Source: the human T2T-CHM13v2.0 reference genome, Homo sapiens
Direction: 5' to 3' (one strand)
Length of the DNA: 64,000 nucleotides
Assembly (NCBI RefSeq): GCF_009914755.1
Contig: NC_060938.1
The position numbers and the translations under genes were made by a program. Every line of letters starts with the position of its first letter. The first letter of the stretch is position 1. Of the stretch, positions 23,780 through 35,646 are shown piece by piece. The notes below the pieces were generated by a model. The model was given only the letters and a program-made list of their open reading frames with translations. It did not search any database and was not told the origin of the DNA.

Positions 23780-23855
23780 CTGTTTGCTTAAGTGCATTTA
23801 GTTAACTGTTTGCTTAAGTGCATTTAGTTAACTGTTTGCTTAAGTGCATTTAGTT
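23780..23855. repeat. 26-bp tandem repeat, 2.9 perfect copies
   Basis: CTGTTTGCTTAAGTGCATTTAGTTAA at 23780, 23806 and 23832 (the last copy is 24 bp). Confidence 0.97.
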
Positions 23856-25514
23856 CCTGAAGGGGCAAGCCACCTGGAATCAATTGATCCTGGTCTGAGG
23901 GGCTTGTTCCATTGGTGAAGTCACAGTGTTGAGCTCAGTTGTCTACACGTACATTTGTGTTGGTGCAGAGAAAGTCCCTTAGCAGTAGGGGCCTCTGTGT
24001 CTCTGTTAGTAAAGAGCAAGGGTGGACTGACCAGCCCTTCAGACCCCCTTCAGCTAAATGATTCTGAGTGACAAAACTAGTAAGTTACAGGCTTGAGCTA
24101 GGATGTCTTAGTCCAGTCATTTGGACGAACATTCTACACTGAATGGGTTGTTGATTTCCAAGAAGAGGACTTGGTTTCCAGGGAGCTGTGAGATTCAGGT
24201 TCAGCCCAAAAGAGGTGAAGCTCGAGCTGTGCTTAATAGATTATTTACTGGGCTAACACATAGTGGCTATAAAATGTTCCAAGCTACCAGATTGGGGTTG
24301 TGGGATAGGTTAGGCCTTTCAGTAGGAGAGATGACATTAGCTCCTAAGAACTGATGACATACAATGCATTAAGAAGATGCCCAGCAGGCTAGAAAGCAGC
24401 AAGCTGGTGAGCTTTTCCTGCCCCTCCAAAAATAATCAATCATATTTGCATAGGTAAAACATTCCCAGCACAAACAATTACTGCAAATAAATAAAGTGAT
24501 TTTTTTTTTAGACTCTTCCAACTGCATTGTTTGCTGAGTATATTAGCGATGCGTGGAGCCGGCCTTAGCTTGGCTGCAGAGGGGCTGGGACAGGGAAGGT
24601 GGGCTGAAGGATGTTCAGACCCTGAGTTAGTTTTTGGCTGTGGATTAGAGCTAAATCCATCACTTTGACCTATGGGTCGTTAATGGGGTTGTCATTGGTC
24701 TTTTTAAGATGTGGATTAATGAACCTCTTAAAGTGTTGCCGAATCCCAAATGAAACGGGCATGTCCCACCTTTTTCCCAGAAACTCGGCTCTCAGCGGGT
24801 TTTGTGACTGTTTGAAATTCACAAAACCAGAGCAAAGCTTTCATTTTTGACAGGCTCATAGGGATCTGCAAAGGAAAAATAATGCATCTTATGTAGGGAT
24901 ATTAATCTCCCAGCATTGTGTGTTTTAGCTTCTCATGATTAACTGGTAAGGTTTTGAATAAAAATGAATGCAGAGAAACAATCTTCATTAAGTTGCTTTT
25001 GAAAATGCTGAGGTAATTATGAAATAACGATTTTTGTGTCATAGATCATACTACTCATAGCCAAAGCTGGATTACATCACAAAACATTACTCTTGTTACT
25101 GATATTTATTTTTTAATTCATTAGTTTTCTCATATTTTTTGCCTTTTTTCTCCCCGTGTGAAAATAAGCCATCGAGAATAAATTCTTCCTTTTCAGTTTT
25201 TCTTTGTCTTAAATCCAGTTTTTTTTTTTCTGTAAGATCTCTAAGCTGAACTCTTCCACACCATACATATAATGGCCTCATGTTAAAATATGTTTTAAGT
25301 GCCTTGGATTTCTTTTGGGAGAACAAGAGGGTTATGTATCGTAAGTAAATAACAGTGATGAGACATTTCCCTTGTTTGCTTACTCTTCTAAGTCAGGGCT
25401 TGAGACCATGCCCTCATGATTGCAGCTGCCACACTTAGCATCATGGGGACACAGCCTGAGTGCTGTGGCATTTCTGCATCAGTGAGGATGCACACCTGGA
25501 CTGATCGGAGTGTG

Positions 25515-25630
25515 AGGAAAACAACAGCTTCCGTAGGCCAGGAAACCTGGGGTTTATTCCCGACTCAGTTGTTCATTGGCTTTGTGGCCTTGGGCAAATT
25601 ATTTCCATTTGCTGGGTCTGGGTTTACATA
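25515..25630 (+). mobile_element. MIR SINE
   Basis: GGAAACCTGGGGTTTATTCC...TGTGGCCTTGGGCAAATTATTT. Confidence 0.65.
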
Positions 25631-26359
25631 TATGCAATGGGTGTGTACGTTTGCATGTATATGTGTGTGTATTGGTACCAGATATTGCCCTCCAAACTCT
25701 AAGTTTGAAGAATCCTCAAAATTTGGGTATAGCTGGTTATTAATACCTCCAGAATGCTCTGTACTTTAAGGTTACATAACGTTCCAATTAGACATTCCTA
25801 TAAACAATAAGAAATTGGTGATTATAGAAAATATGCTGTTTATTACCCTAAGTGGAGACTCCGTACCCTGAGTGTGTGAAGGAGGATGGAGCTTTGATCC
25901 ATCCTGATTATGCCGGCTTCCCTATCAGAGTCCCCTTGCACGGTAGAGGCTCAGCACAAATCTGAGAGCACTAGAATGAGCCATGACCCTCTCTAGGATC
26001 CATGTGGCAGAAGATGCAAGAACTATTATGTAATTTGGGTCAATGGGGTAAGAAGACTATGACATTCTATCTGTGTAGCTTTAGGGTTCAGGGGACTTGG
26101 AGATTCCGCCTCAATCTCAGGCTGTTCCTGGAAGGTAAGGAAGGGGAAGTATGTAATTTGAAAATGGAGAGTACTTTAGTTAGAGCCTTGAACTCAGCTG
26201 AAGCTGGGAAATGGTGAGGAAGAAGCTTGTCAGTTTGGCAGTGGTATTTTTTGCCAGGTTTTGTGTGTAGGCTTCCCTTGTAACATCTAAGGAAGTGTGT
26301 TGTCTGAGGTCAGGCTCCCTGGTGAAGCTGCAGTCATTTTCAGATAGAGAGGGCATGAG

Positions 26360-26510
26360 AAAGGAACCACCAGCCCTTAAACACTTTGTCCTTGCAACTC
26401 TGCAAAGTAGACATTGTGAACCCTGTGTTCTAGATGAGGAACCCAGGCTCAGAGAGCTGAAGTGTCTTTCTTAGTCTCTAATAATTATCGAATGGCAGAA
26501 CCATGCAATG
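26360..26510 (-). mobile_element. MIR SINE
   Basis: CAACTCTGCAAAGTAGAC...AGATGAGGAACCCAGGCTCAGAGAG. Confidence 0.7.
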
Positions 26511-28474
26511 TTTTAAATGGACTCTGCTGGGGTTTAAATCAACCCGTGCTGGACCTCATTTCCACTGCTACTGCAGTGTGTCTGTCTGGCAACCAAATTG
26601 TGTCCTTCCTCCCCAATTTCTAGATAACCATGGCACTAAAAAAAGCATGCAGATGATTTGACGTAAGTAGCATACGGAGGTGATTTTGCTGTCAATAAAC
26701 CTCTAAATTCACCAGGATTTTTGTTAATGCATTAGATTTCTTTTAACTACACGAGGTCAAACATGTCGATTTCCAAAAAGATTCCTAAATAAGCCAAGTG
26801 TAACCCTAACAGGGTTAGTGCTGGTGATTCTTTGGGAAAAGCTAAAAGAATTCTCCTGGGTCCCACATTCATCCCCCTGGGGTTCTGTGGGAGGTGAACA
26901 CAAACTGATGTATGCGACGTCAGTCTGAGGAGTTGTCGCTAGGCTGCTCCTCCTGAAAAAGGGACACAATAAAAGTTATGTAACAGCTTTCAAAAGAACT
27001 GTTTCTCCTCCTCCAGGATGCCCATGAGTTAATCCTCCCCCAAACAACAGACTAGAGAAGGTATTCAGAGGAACACATGTAAGACCTTCACGGTTCACCT
27101 ACAGCTCTTAGGAGTTTCTGGGACTCGGGAGGAAATGTAGGTCTCAAGGAACTTTTCACGTTATCGAGTAGAGATGCCGTCGTAGCTGATGTTGGGGACG
27201 GCCTTCGGAAGGTCACCCATGTGAGTATAGCTGCTGCTGTTCTTCGCTGTAAGTGTGCAGAGCTGGCCAAGCATCCACCATTCCCAGGACCAGAGATTCC
27301 AGAGTCCTGTTGGTAACACTCAATTTACAAAGAGCAAAGGAAAATCCCTGAAATACTCTGTCACCCCATTGCGTGGCTTTACATTCTGCTAACGATACTC
27401 AGGCTGGGTTTCTTCACCAGCAGTTGAAAATGCTTCTGTCTCTGACGCTGGCCTTGCCTGTGTCATGTGAGTGACGTCTTCACCAACAGACCCCTCCTTC
27501 CGTCTCCCTTGGATCACTGAGCTGCTTATATGCCAAAAGCTTCAAGTTTGTTGATAGGTGATGAGAAAAATTAGACAGAATGAGTTAGAAAGCTTGACTA
27601 TGCTTCATCTACAATCTTTAAAATACCACATCTCAGCAGTCAGCACAAGTTTTTGATTTGGTAAATGAGGAATAACATTGCGTGTCCTCGGTGCGGCCCA
27701 TGGAATCTGCATCTTCTGCCCCCAGACTTTGAGAGAACAGGTGCCCCAGGGCTTCAGCTCTGGGCTAGATTTCTAACATGTGTAGTTACTAAAAAGTAGA
27801 AAATGCAAGAGTAGCTTTGCAGAGTCACCAGAGAGGATAAGATAAGAAGACAGAGAAGTTCATGGCCTCTGATACGTGATTACTGCGAACACTTATTCAG
27901 GGCATGGTAGTAGAAATGATTTCACACCCGTTTCCAGCAACGAGAAGCACAAAATAAATTCACTAAGAAATTTAGCTGTGTTTCTTGTTGTTTTTGTATG
28001 TGGCTTATGACAAGTGCAGATGGCACTTCATGTAGTTAAAAACCTTCGCCTTCCTAAGTCCTTCGTGGTGGCTAAGAGAGGCTAGGCTAAATGCCTTGGC
28101 AGACCTGCATTTTTGAAACCTGACTCCCAAGGTCAGGTGGTGGTCTTGGTGAGGGTCAGTGTATTTCCAGGTGCTTCTGTTTCTTAATAATCTATGATGA
28201 GCTGCTGTATGTACCTCATTTAGCATCACCAAGCAAAAGAGCAAACAGAGAATGCCCAGGGCATTTTTCCCAACCTGCCACATTTCTCCGCCTCTATCTG
28301 CTAATATGGTCTGGGGATCCTGATCCACTTCTTGATTCTTTTAATTCAGAAAATGGATGATAATGACAGTCATTTTTTAAATGATCAATATTGATAAGTC
28401 TTATATTTTTAAATAAAGTGAATGCCCCTGAGAGCATCACGTGCAAGTTTAAAATGATTTATGAATGGATACAG

Positions 28475-28583
28475 TATCCTTTAACTTGTTCAGAGGGCTT
28501 TATTGAATACTTCTAAAACAGTACGTCTATTATCCTTTAATTTGTTCAGAGGGCTTTATTGAATACTTCTAAAACAGTACGTC
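28475..28583. repeat. 53-bp tandem duplication
   Basis: 28475-28527 and 28531-28583 differ at a single base; spacer TAT. Confidence 0.97.
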
Positions 28584-29291
28584 CAGTTTTGCAGTGTTCA
28601 AGTCTAAAGGTAGACGTGAAAACCACATCCTGTGTTCTTCATCTGAAAAGGAGGAGTGGAAAAATACACCCGACTTCTAAAAGGGAATGTTGAGACTGTT
28701 CCTCTCTGTTTTACTGACAAGATAACATTGCTTCGGTCTGAAAATTCTCTGTAGATGCATCTTCTACAGCAGGGCTGGTTGTCCTCCAGTCTGCTCGAGG
28801 ACATCCCTGTGGCGGTTGAGAGTGGCTCTGTCCATCTGTGCAGGCATGGAGCTGTCTCCTCCACAGAGCATGCCTCTCTCTGGTCCCGTCTGGTTACTAG
28901 GATCCACCCCCCCAACACACACCATCATCCTTTCCTCAGACAGATGTCAGGGACAACAGTTTAACAAACAGTTATGGAGCACTAGCTCTGGTCCAGGCAC
29001 TGCTAGGCATTGAGGCTGCAGTGGTGGACACAGACAGCTGTAGTGTGTCATAGGCTGCTACTGTTTCAGTAGGCCTGGGGCGTCACCCTCTGCCCTTTTT
29101 AAGGGGTCTGTTCAGAATCTGGAGGATTTAGCTGTTGCATACTTGGAGGCACGCTGGGGCTGGTGGGGAGAGCCCAGGCTGGGAGGCAGGGGGCCTTCTC
29201 TCTCCTCTCACCTGGGTGCCTAGGGCCAAGCCACCCCCCCGCCGCCACTCTGACCCTTCACTGGTTTCAAGTGCAAAGATTGGGTCACTGC

Positions 29292-29485
29292 AGGTTTTTT
29301 CCAAGTGTGATCCAGGGACCACTTCCATGGAAACACCAGGTGAGCTTATTAAAATGCATATGGGTGGACCTTGCTGCAGACTTGCCAAATTAGAACTCCT
29401 GGGGATGGGGGTGCCCAGAATCTATATTTTTAACATGCTTCCAGGTCGCTCTCACCTTGAGCACAGTGGTGTTCAAGAAGCACTG
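29292..29485. mobile_element. MER5A-like hAT DNA transposon
   Basis: CAAGTGTGATCCAGGGACC...TATTAAAATGCA...AGAATCTATATTTTTAACA...AAGCACTG. Confidence 0.7.
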
Positions 29486-30789
29486 GTTCTCCTGGGTGTC
29501 GAATCAGTAATGCCCCTCCCTGCTCTAAAGGACTCAGAATGTGGCACTCACCCCCATGCTGGCCACTCTTCCCACCTTCACCCACCGCCGTGCTGTCCAA
29601 GCCAATCGACTCTCTCTTCACCACGCTTCCCGCTCCTCCTCCTCTGTGCACTACAGTTTGTTTCCCGTATGGTAGCCAGAGTGAGCCTTTTAAAGGATCT
29701 CATTTCTCCTTGGCTGGGAGAGCTTCAGTGCCCCCTGTGCCCAATAGTCAGGGACCTTAAGGTGACCCTCAGGGCCCTGCACGATCTGGCCCTCCATCTC
29801 ACCTCCTCTCCCACCACCTGCCCCCTTGCTTCCCTCTTCATGTCACAGCCCTAGAACCCACCCAGCTGCCAGGCATTCACTCCAAGGAGCCACAGGACCT
29901 GGGGACTGGCAAGGCAGGGTGCCAGCCCTGGTAGGTGGGGCACAACCCTGTGAAGCTCTGTTTTCTGTCTTGCCACTATGCTGAAAACCCCTGCAGACTG
30001 ACACTCTTAAACCCACTTGGGCAAATCTGTTTCTGGGCCTGCCCACCACCATAGTAAAAGTAAATTTAGAAGCAGCTCTTTAAGTCTAGGCACCGTGTTA
30101 CAGGGTGACTCATCATGGGACTGCATTGTCAAAGTGGCTCTAGAACTTTTTTTCGAGGAAGTTTCTGGATATAGACTGCAACCCTCTTGGGCTGGACTAT
30201 TAACTCAGCCACTTTTGATCCCAGGGCCCTGTCATCCCTCCTTGTCTTCTTTCCACAAGTATTCACAAGACACCTGCTACGTCCAAACACTGCGGTCCCC
30301 ACAATCTGTGTCTGCGTGGTTGTATCTCCGACTGCCGCTCTTGCTTACAGATGAAACAATGTGGTCTGGAAAGTATTTCTCTGGCCTTTTTTTTTTCCCT
30401 CCTACTGAGAAATAGTTGCTCTGGCCTGTGTATCAACAGCAGCCCTCTTGGGGCCTAGGTTAAGCAAACTGCACTCGAAAGGATCAATCCCTTGGCAAGT
30501 AGGAGGGAAAGATGGACCATGTTGTGAGATTAACCTCCAAGGCGAGCTGAGTGCGTAACTGGAAGATCTGTGGGGTCTCTCAGATGGGATGCGTGCTCAG
30601 CGCATGGGGCCAGGGCTTGGTTTTCTGAAAGCCAGCCTGCCCAGCAGTGCAAATGAGTGAAAAAGGCCAGGAAAACTTCAGATGCTTTTGGGTCTGACAT
30701 TGCAGATGCCTTACCTTGAATCGTAAGGAGGGAAGCATTTTCACGCTCAGCATCAATCTTCTTTGGGATGCTTTCTCTGGACATATTGA

Positions 30790-31295
30790 CCAAGCCTTCA
30801 CTGAGAGGCCATTAGCAAAGTGGGGTGGAGGATGAAAGTAGAGATGTTCCCTGCCTTTTATGGTTTCAGAGACAGTTGGGGAAAACGTGTTACGTAACTA
30901 CCTGTAGCTAATTAGAGTGACTGACGTGCTCTGAGAAGGCAGAGATAGGAAAGATGGGTTTGGCCGGGGGAGGGTGGAGGCGTTTGACTTGAGCCCTGAG
31001 AGACGAGAAGGAATTTCCTGAGCAGAGTTGAGCGGGAAAGGCCTTCTAGGTAGGAGGGCAAGTGTGAGCAGAAGCACAGAGGCCTGTTTATTGGGGAGAG
31101 GGTACTGTGTTATAGGTCTGTAGAGTCAGGCTGAGGCTGCAAGGCAGGGACAAGGCTGGGTCACTCCTGCTTAGATGGGAGTGGGTCTTGAATGCTAGAT
31201 TAAGGAGGGTTCCATGTCTTACAGGTGACAGGGAACTGTGGGAGGGGTTTGACTCAGGATTTGCATTAAAAAGATAGCTGGTAGCCCTGTTCATG
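30790..31295 (-). mobile_element. L2 LINE fragment
   Basis: CCCTGCCTTTTATGG...TTGAGCCCTGAGAGACGAGAAGGAATTT...GATTTGCATTAAAAAGATAG matches reverse L2. Confidence 0.65.
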
Positions 31296-33579
31296 ACCCC
31301 CTGTACCCTCTATATTATAGGATAGTGAAGATGTGTGAAACGTTCAAGAAGAAATACTGTGTGGGAATGAGCATGGTTGTCCCGGGTGTAACCTCAGGCA
31401 CCATTTCTCTGATTGCAGTGTCTCTGCTTGTCTGTATCTGTTGTCTGATCCTCTGGGCCCTGCTGCCCAGACCCCAACTCCACCAGCCCTGCTGGGGCTC
31501 GGAAGGAAAGCAAGGTAGCCGCTGGCTTCAGCAATTGCTGCCCAGCCATCGTGGACTCTAGCCAACAGGAAATGGAGCGGGCAGTGTCCCAGCCTGATTC
31601 ACCGAGCCATGGGTCTCCCTGTGCCTCTGCAAATGCATTCAGGCTGCTCCTGGCCTAAAAACAATGCTCCCAGACCTACATCCACAGCTGAGAGAATCCA
31701 GGGCACACATTTGCCCGCCAGCTTCCCTGAGCTTCCCCCAGCAGTGGGCTCAGTGGGTAGGAGAGGGGGACATGGTCTGGAATCAAGGCGTGTGCCACTC
31801 AGTGACCATTTGCTTTGAAATCAATGTGCTCAGCAGGGCCAGTGACTTTTGCAGAGCTGGCTGGACAAAGGGAACATGAAGAAGGGAAGAGTGTCTCAGG
31901 GTCACGGGTGGTTATACTACCCTTGAACTTCACCTTCCTATTGCTAAGGAAGAGAGAGAGACAGAAAAGCATGTTCCACAAGCCAGTGGGCAAATTCTTA
32001 GCTGTTTTCTGTGGAGTCTGGGCCTGGCAGAGAGCCCTCTTCACGACTGGCTGACTGCCAGATGGTGCCAAGGGCACGGCATCCCGGGCAGTCAGCCTCC
32101 TAGTGAAGATTGCCATCCTCTGGAGGGTTCCCTGCCCCAGGACATGGGCCTGGGAAGGGAATGCAATTCCACCCTCCATGGGTCCCATTTACAGGTCAAC
32201 AAATTGAGGCCAAGAGAAGAGAAGTGGAATTGTGGCCGAGTAGCACATGAAATCACTCTGGAGTCGGTCATGATCCCTGAGGCCGGCCAATGCCCAGTGC
32301 CCATTGCTGGCAGCAGTCCACCTGGAAATGGACAGTTTGTCCTCACACTGCCTTGCTACCCACCAGGCATGGAGGATGTGGCTTTCTCCTTGTTCATCTG
32401 TCTTCCCTCTTGGAACCCAGGCCCAGAGCCAGGGGGCTGGGCATGACCCCTAGATGTCTGGCCTTTTGTTTGCTTCTTGGTTTCTGAAGCTTGTGTGGAA
32501 GTTGAATGCAAGCAGAGAAAGGAATTTAGTAGCAAGTTATCAGAGCAGATTAGAATGGTTGTCAGGATCTGGGCATGGAAATCGATGGGGCTGAGTTCTC
32601 TCTTTGGAGCTCTAGGGCTCCTGAAACGCACCATCAGGTCCTGGGAAAGCCTTTCATCCTGGTTCTCAGAGCACCTAGTGCACACTTACGTACATACATA
32701 AGTTTAAGCCAAACCATCTCATGAGATCATCATCGCTGGCTCCATCTCTTTCTTTCAACTGTCTCTTCCCTGGATCCTCAGTACCTGGGGTGAACCTTGC
32801 TTGGCACCTGGAAGTCACTCCTGGCCTGTTAGTGACTGGATGGGGGATGCAGTGTGCAAAGGGACTTGTGCAGCGGTCAGTCTGGCTGAGCTTTTGGGGC
32901 AGCCTGGTGCTCCTGACTGTTTCTCACCTTATCAAGTAGGTTCTCCTAAATGCATAAGAAGCTGATGACAGCTCTGCTGGCTGACTTCAAAACAGTCAAA
33001 CCTTCAGTGCTTTATCAGGCAGATCTGTAAGTACAGTTCCTGCTCATAAAATGCATCCGTCACAGCCCCGTGCAACATAAAGGAATTGTTTGCAAACTTT
33101 CCCAGGTTATTACCCCCAAACTTAGTAAATATATGTATTGGATAAATAATCTTGGGAGGTCCATAAATTATTGCAGTTTCGGACAGTACTAATCTACCTG
33201 CTGGCACATTTCATAGGTTTCACCACCTTATTGACTCACATTTTAATGAAAGAGGAGAGCAAAGCTATAAAAACTATCCTCATGGGTTGGGGACCCGACC
33301 AGATGATGGATGACAAAGCAGTGTAGAAAATGTATGAGTTCTGTGTGGTTATTCAGGGTAATTATTATTAAGACATTTTGAGCATCTGACCTCAGTTCCT
33401 TTTGTTTTCCTGGGCAAGGACCTACTACCTCCCAGATTCTGCTGCACTTGGCTGGCGGCACTCTGTGCCTACAATCTCACCATTGGAATGGCAGTTCTTC
33501 AACAGGATTTTGATGGCTGTCACAGTCACTTTGGGGGACATGCACCTTTTATTTGAAGCTGTTCTTCGAGTCAGATTGT

Positions 33580-33875
33580 GAGGCACTGGACAGACCTGGA
33601 TTGAAATCTGAGCTTATCCTCTAATTCCCTGTGTGATTCTTGGACAATTTGCTTCAGCCTTTATGAGTCCTGTTTTCTCTTCTGAGAAATGGGCATAATA
33701 ACAACAATTAATGGTAATCCCAGCTTTGATTAATATTTGCTGGGTGCTTACTGGGGTAGGGACCCTGTGCAATAAGTCCTTTCCGTGGACTCTTTCACTG
33801 AATGTGTACAATAGCTTGATAAAGGAGTTAATTTTATTATTCCCATTTTACAGATGAAAATACTAAGCCTTCGAG
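33580..33875. mobile_element. Two MIRs arranged tail-to-tail
   Basis: Forward MIR (CAGACCTGGATTGAAATC...TGTGTGATTCTTGGACAA), then reverse MIR (ATTATTCCCATTTTACAGATGAAAATACTAAG). Confidence 0.75.
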
Positions 33876-34389
33876 TATGTATTGGTGCATACAAAAACAC
33901 CTCAGATAATGGTTTTGAACATGAATAATCATTTATTTTGCTCAGCTAGGTGGCCTTGCTGCGGGCCTCATGTGAGGTTGCAGTCAGACTGTGACTGGGG
34001 CTGGAATCATCTGGGAGGCTTCCTCACTCGCATGTCTGGCCCCTGAGTGAGAAGGGGTGCACAGCCTGAGGGTGGGAGTGGGGAGGCTGGCACAGCTGAG
34101 ACTCTCCATCGCTCTGTGGACGCTCCGTGTGGCTGGGTAGCCATACTGCCTACCTGTAGTCTAGGGCTCCATTGACCCAAGAGAGAGCAAGAGGTTGTAG
34201 TGCGTGGGGGTGTCTGTCTCTATCCTCTTTGGTGATCGAGCCTCAGAAGTCACATAGTATCACTTCCGGCATGTCCTTAGAAGCAAGTCTCTAAGGCCAG
34301 CCCATATTCGAGGGGATGGGGGGGGCAGTTAGACTCCATCCTTTGATGGGAGGAGTGCCGAAGGATGCCAGTACGTTTGAAGCCACCAC
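33876..34389 (-). mobile_element. MaLR LTR (MLT1G/H-like) inserted in a MIR
   Basis: GGGGCTGGAATCATCTG...GCCTCAGAAGTCACATAG...AAGGCCAGCCCA...GACTCCATCCTTTGATGGGAGG; the MIR resumes at about 34390. Confidence 0.75.
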
Positions 34390-35522
34390 GGAGTGCTTAG
34401 GTGACTTACACAAGGTAGACCGTTGCAAGGCAGCAGAGTGGGGTGTCGGATCCCGAGCATGGCCGTCACCCCTCTGCAGTGTAAAGTGTGAAGCACTACG
34501 GGCCCCGTGAAACGGGACCTCTGTAAGCATGTGAGCTGTTTCCCCTTCAGATGTCCTTTCTGAAGAAGGAAGCAGAGCTGTGTGCGAGTCCAGCTGCTGC
34601 TTCTCAGCTTCAAAGAGGCCTTTATACCAACCCTTGGGGCAGACCACCTCCCCTCCCCTCCCCTGCTGTCCCTGGCCTCCCTTCCCTTCACCTGGAGCCA
34701 CATTCTCACTTTCTTGGGTCCTGGGCAATTCTGTTTTCATGGGCCTCTTCCACCATAAAAAGAAAAATTAAAAATTATTTCTTAGGACTGAGCTGATATA
34801 AAGATGAACATATTAATGTTACATATTAAAAGATTTTCTTCTACCCAGAAGTTCATTGTTTTCCTTCTGATTTTAAATTGGAACATTTCTGTGGGCCCTG
34901 GGCACCGTGCCTGCTGCATGTGAAGGAGAAGTTGGCTTGCCCTTCCACCTCCACCCCTCACCCCCTCCTCTCCCTCCCCCTCCTCCTCCTCCGCCTCCAC
35001 TATTCACTCTTCTGCCCTGGCCACCACTTAGCAGGCTGCTGTCCTCTCCTAGGCTGTGAACTTTCAGGTTCTCTGCACCCTGGGCAAGCCCCGTGACTGG
35101 GAGCTGACTGCTCCCCGTAACTCTGGCTTTCCTGTCTCCTGGTCCTTCACCAAGGGTAGACCTCCCTCGTGAGGAGGAACTTAAGCAGAGACTCATCTTC
35201 CCTGTAAGCCCACGGAGCCGTCACCCCTGTCTGGCTTCTGGCTGGTCTCTCATAGCAGAGTACCGGAAGGGCCTCCCTTCCTGTGCACCTGCAGGGGTGG
35301 TGGCAGTGCAGAGATGGCTGCTCTCCTGGCTCCTGCGTCTGACACCCCAGCCAGCCCATCCATCCGTGAATCCTCCACTCAACCATTTAGGAAACAGCTT
35401 TTTACTGGTGAGCATTTCACGAGGCCTACCTAGTCTCCTTCCTCATGGAATTTAGAGGGACACAAAGACAAAAAAAAAAAAAAAAAACTGACAAATGATT
35501 CTAAGCAATGGGAGATTTTTTT

Positions 35523-35646
35523 CCCCAAGGGGTGGGGTCTCACTGTGTTGCCCAGGCTGGAAGGCAGTGGCTATTCACAGGCGCAGTCACTGCACACTAC
35601 ACCCTTGAATTCCTAGGCTCAAGCACTTCTCCTTTTTTAGCTTCCC
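35523..35646 (-). mobile_element. FAM (fossil Alu monomer), 5'-truncated
   Basis: Retains the 7SL/FAM-type GCAGTGGCTATTCACAGGCGC segment; TSD AGCAATGGGAGATTTTTTT at 35504-35522 and 35647-35665. Confidence 0.85.

Noticed and set aside
23780-23855. Possible CRISPR-like array
   Set aside because: Head-to-tail repeats without spacers in mammalian DNA; a minisatellite.
29135-29854. Longest ORF (239 aa)
   Set aside because: Non-ATG start, runs through MER5A and L2 remnants, and shows no protein family resemblance.
35523-35646. 7SL (SRP) RNA gene or pseudogene
   Set aside because: It lacks the SRP S-domain; its structure matches the FAM monomer.
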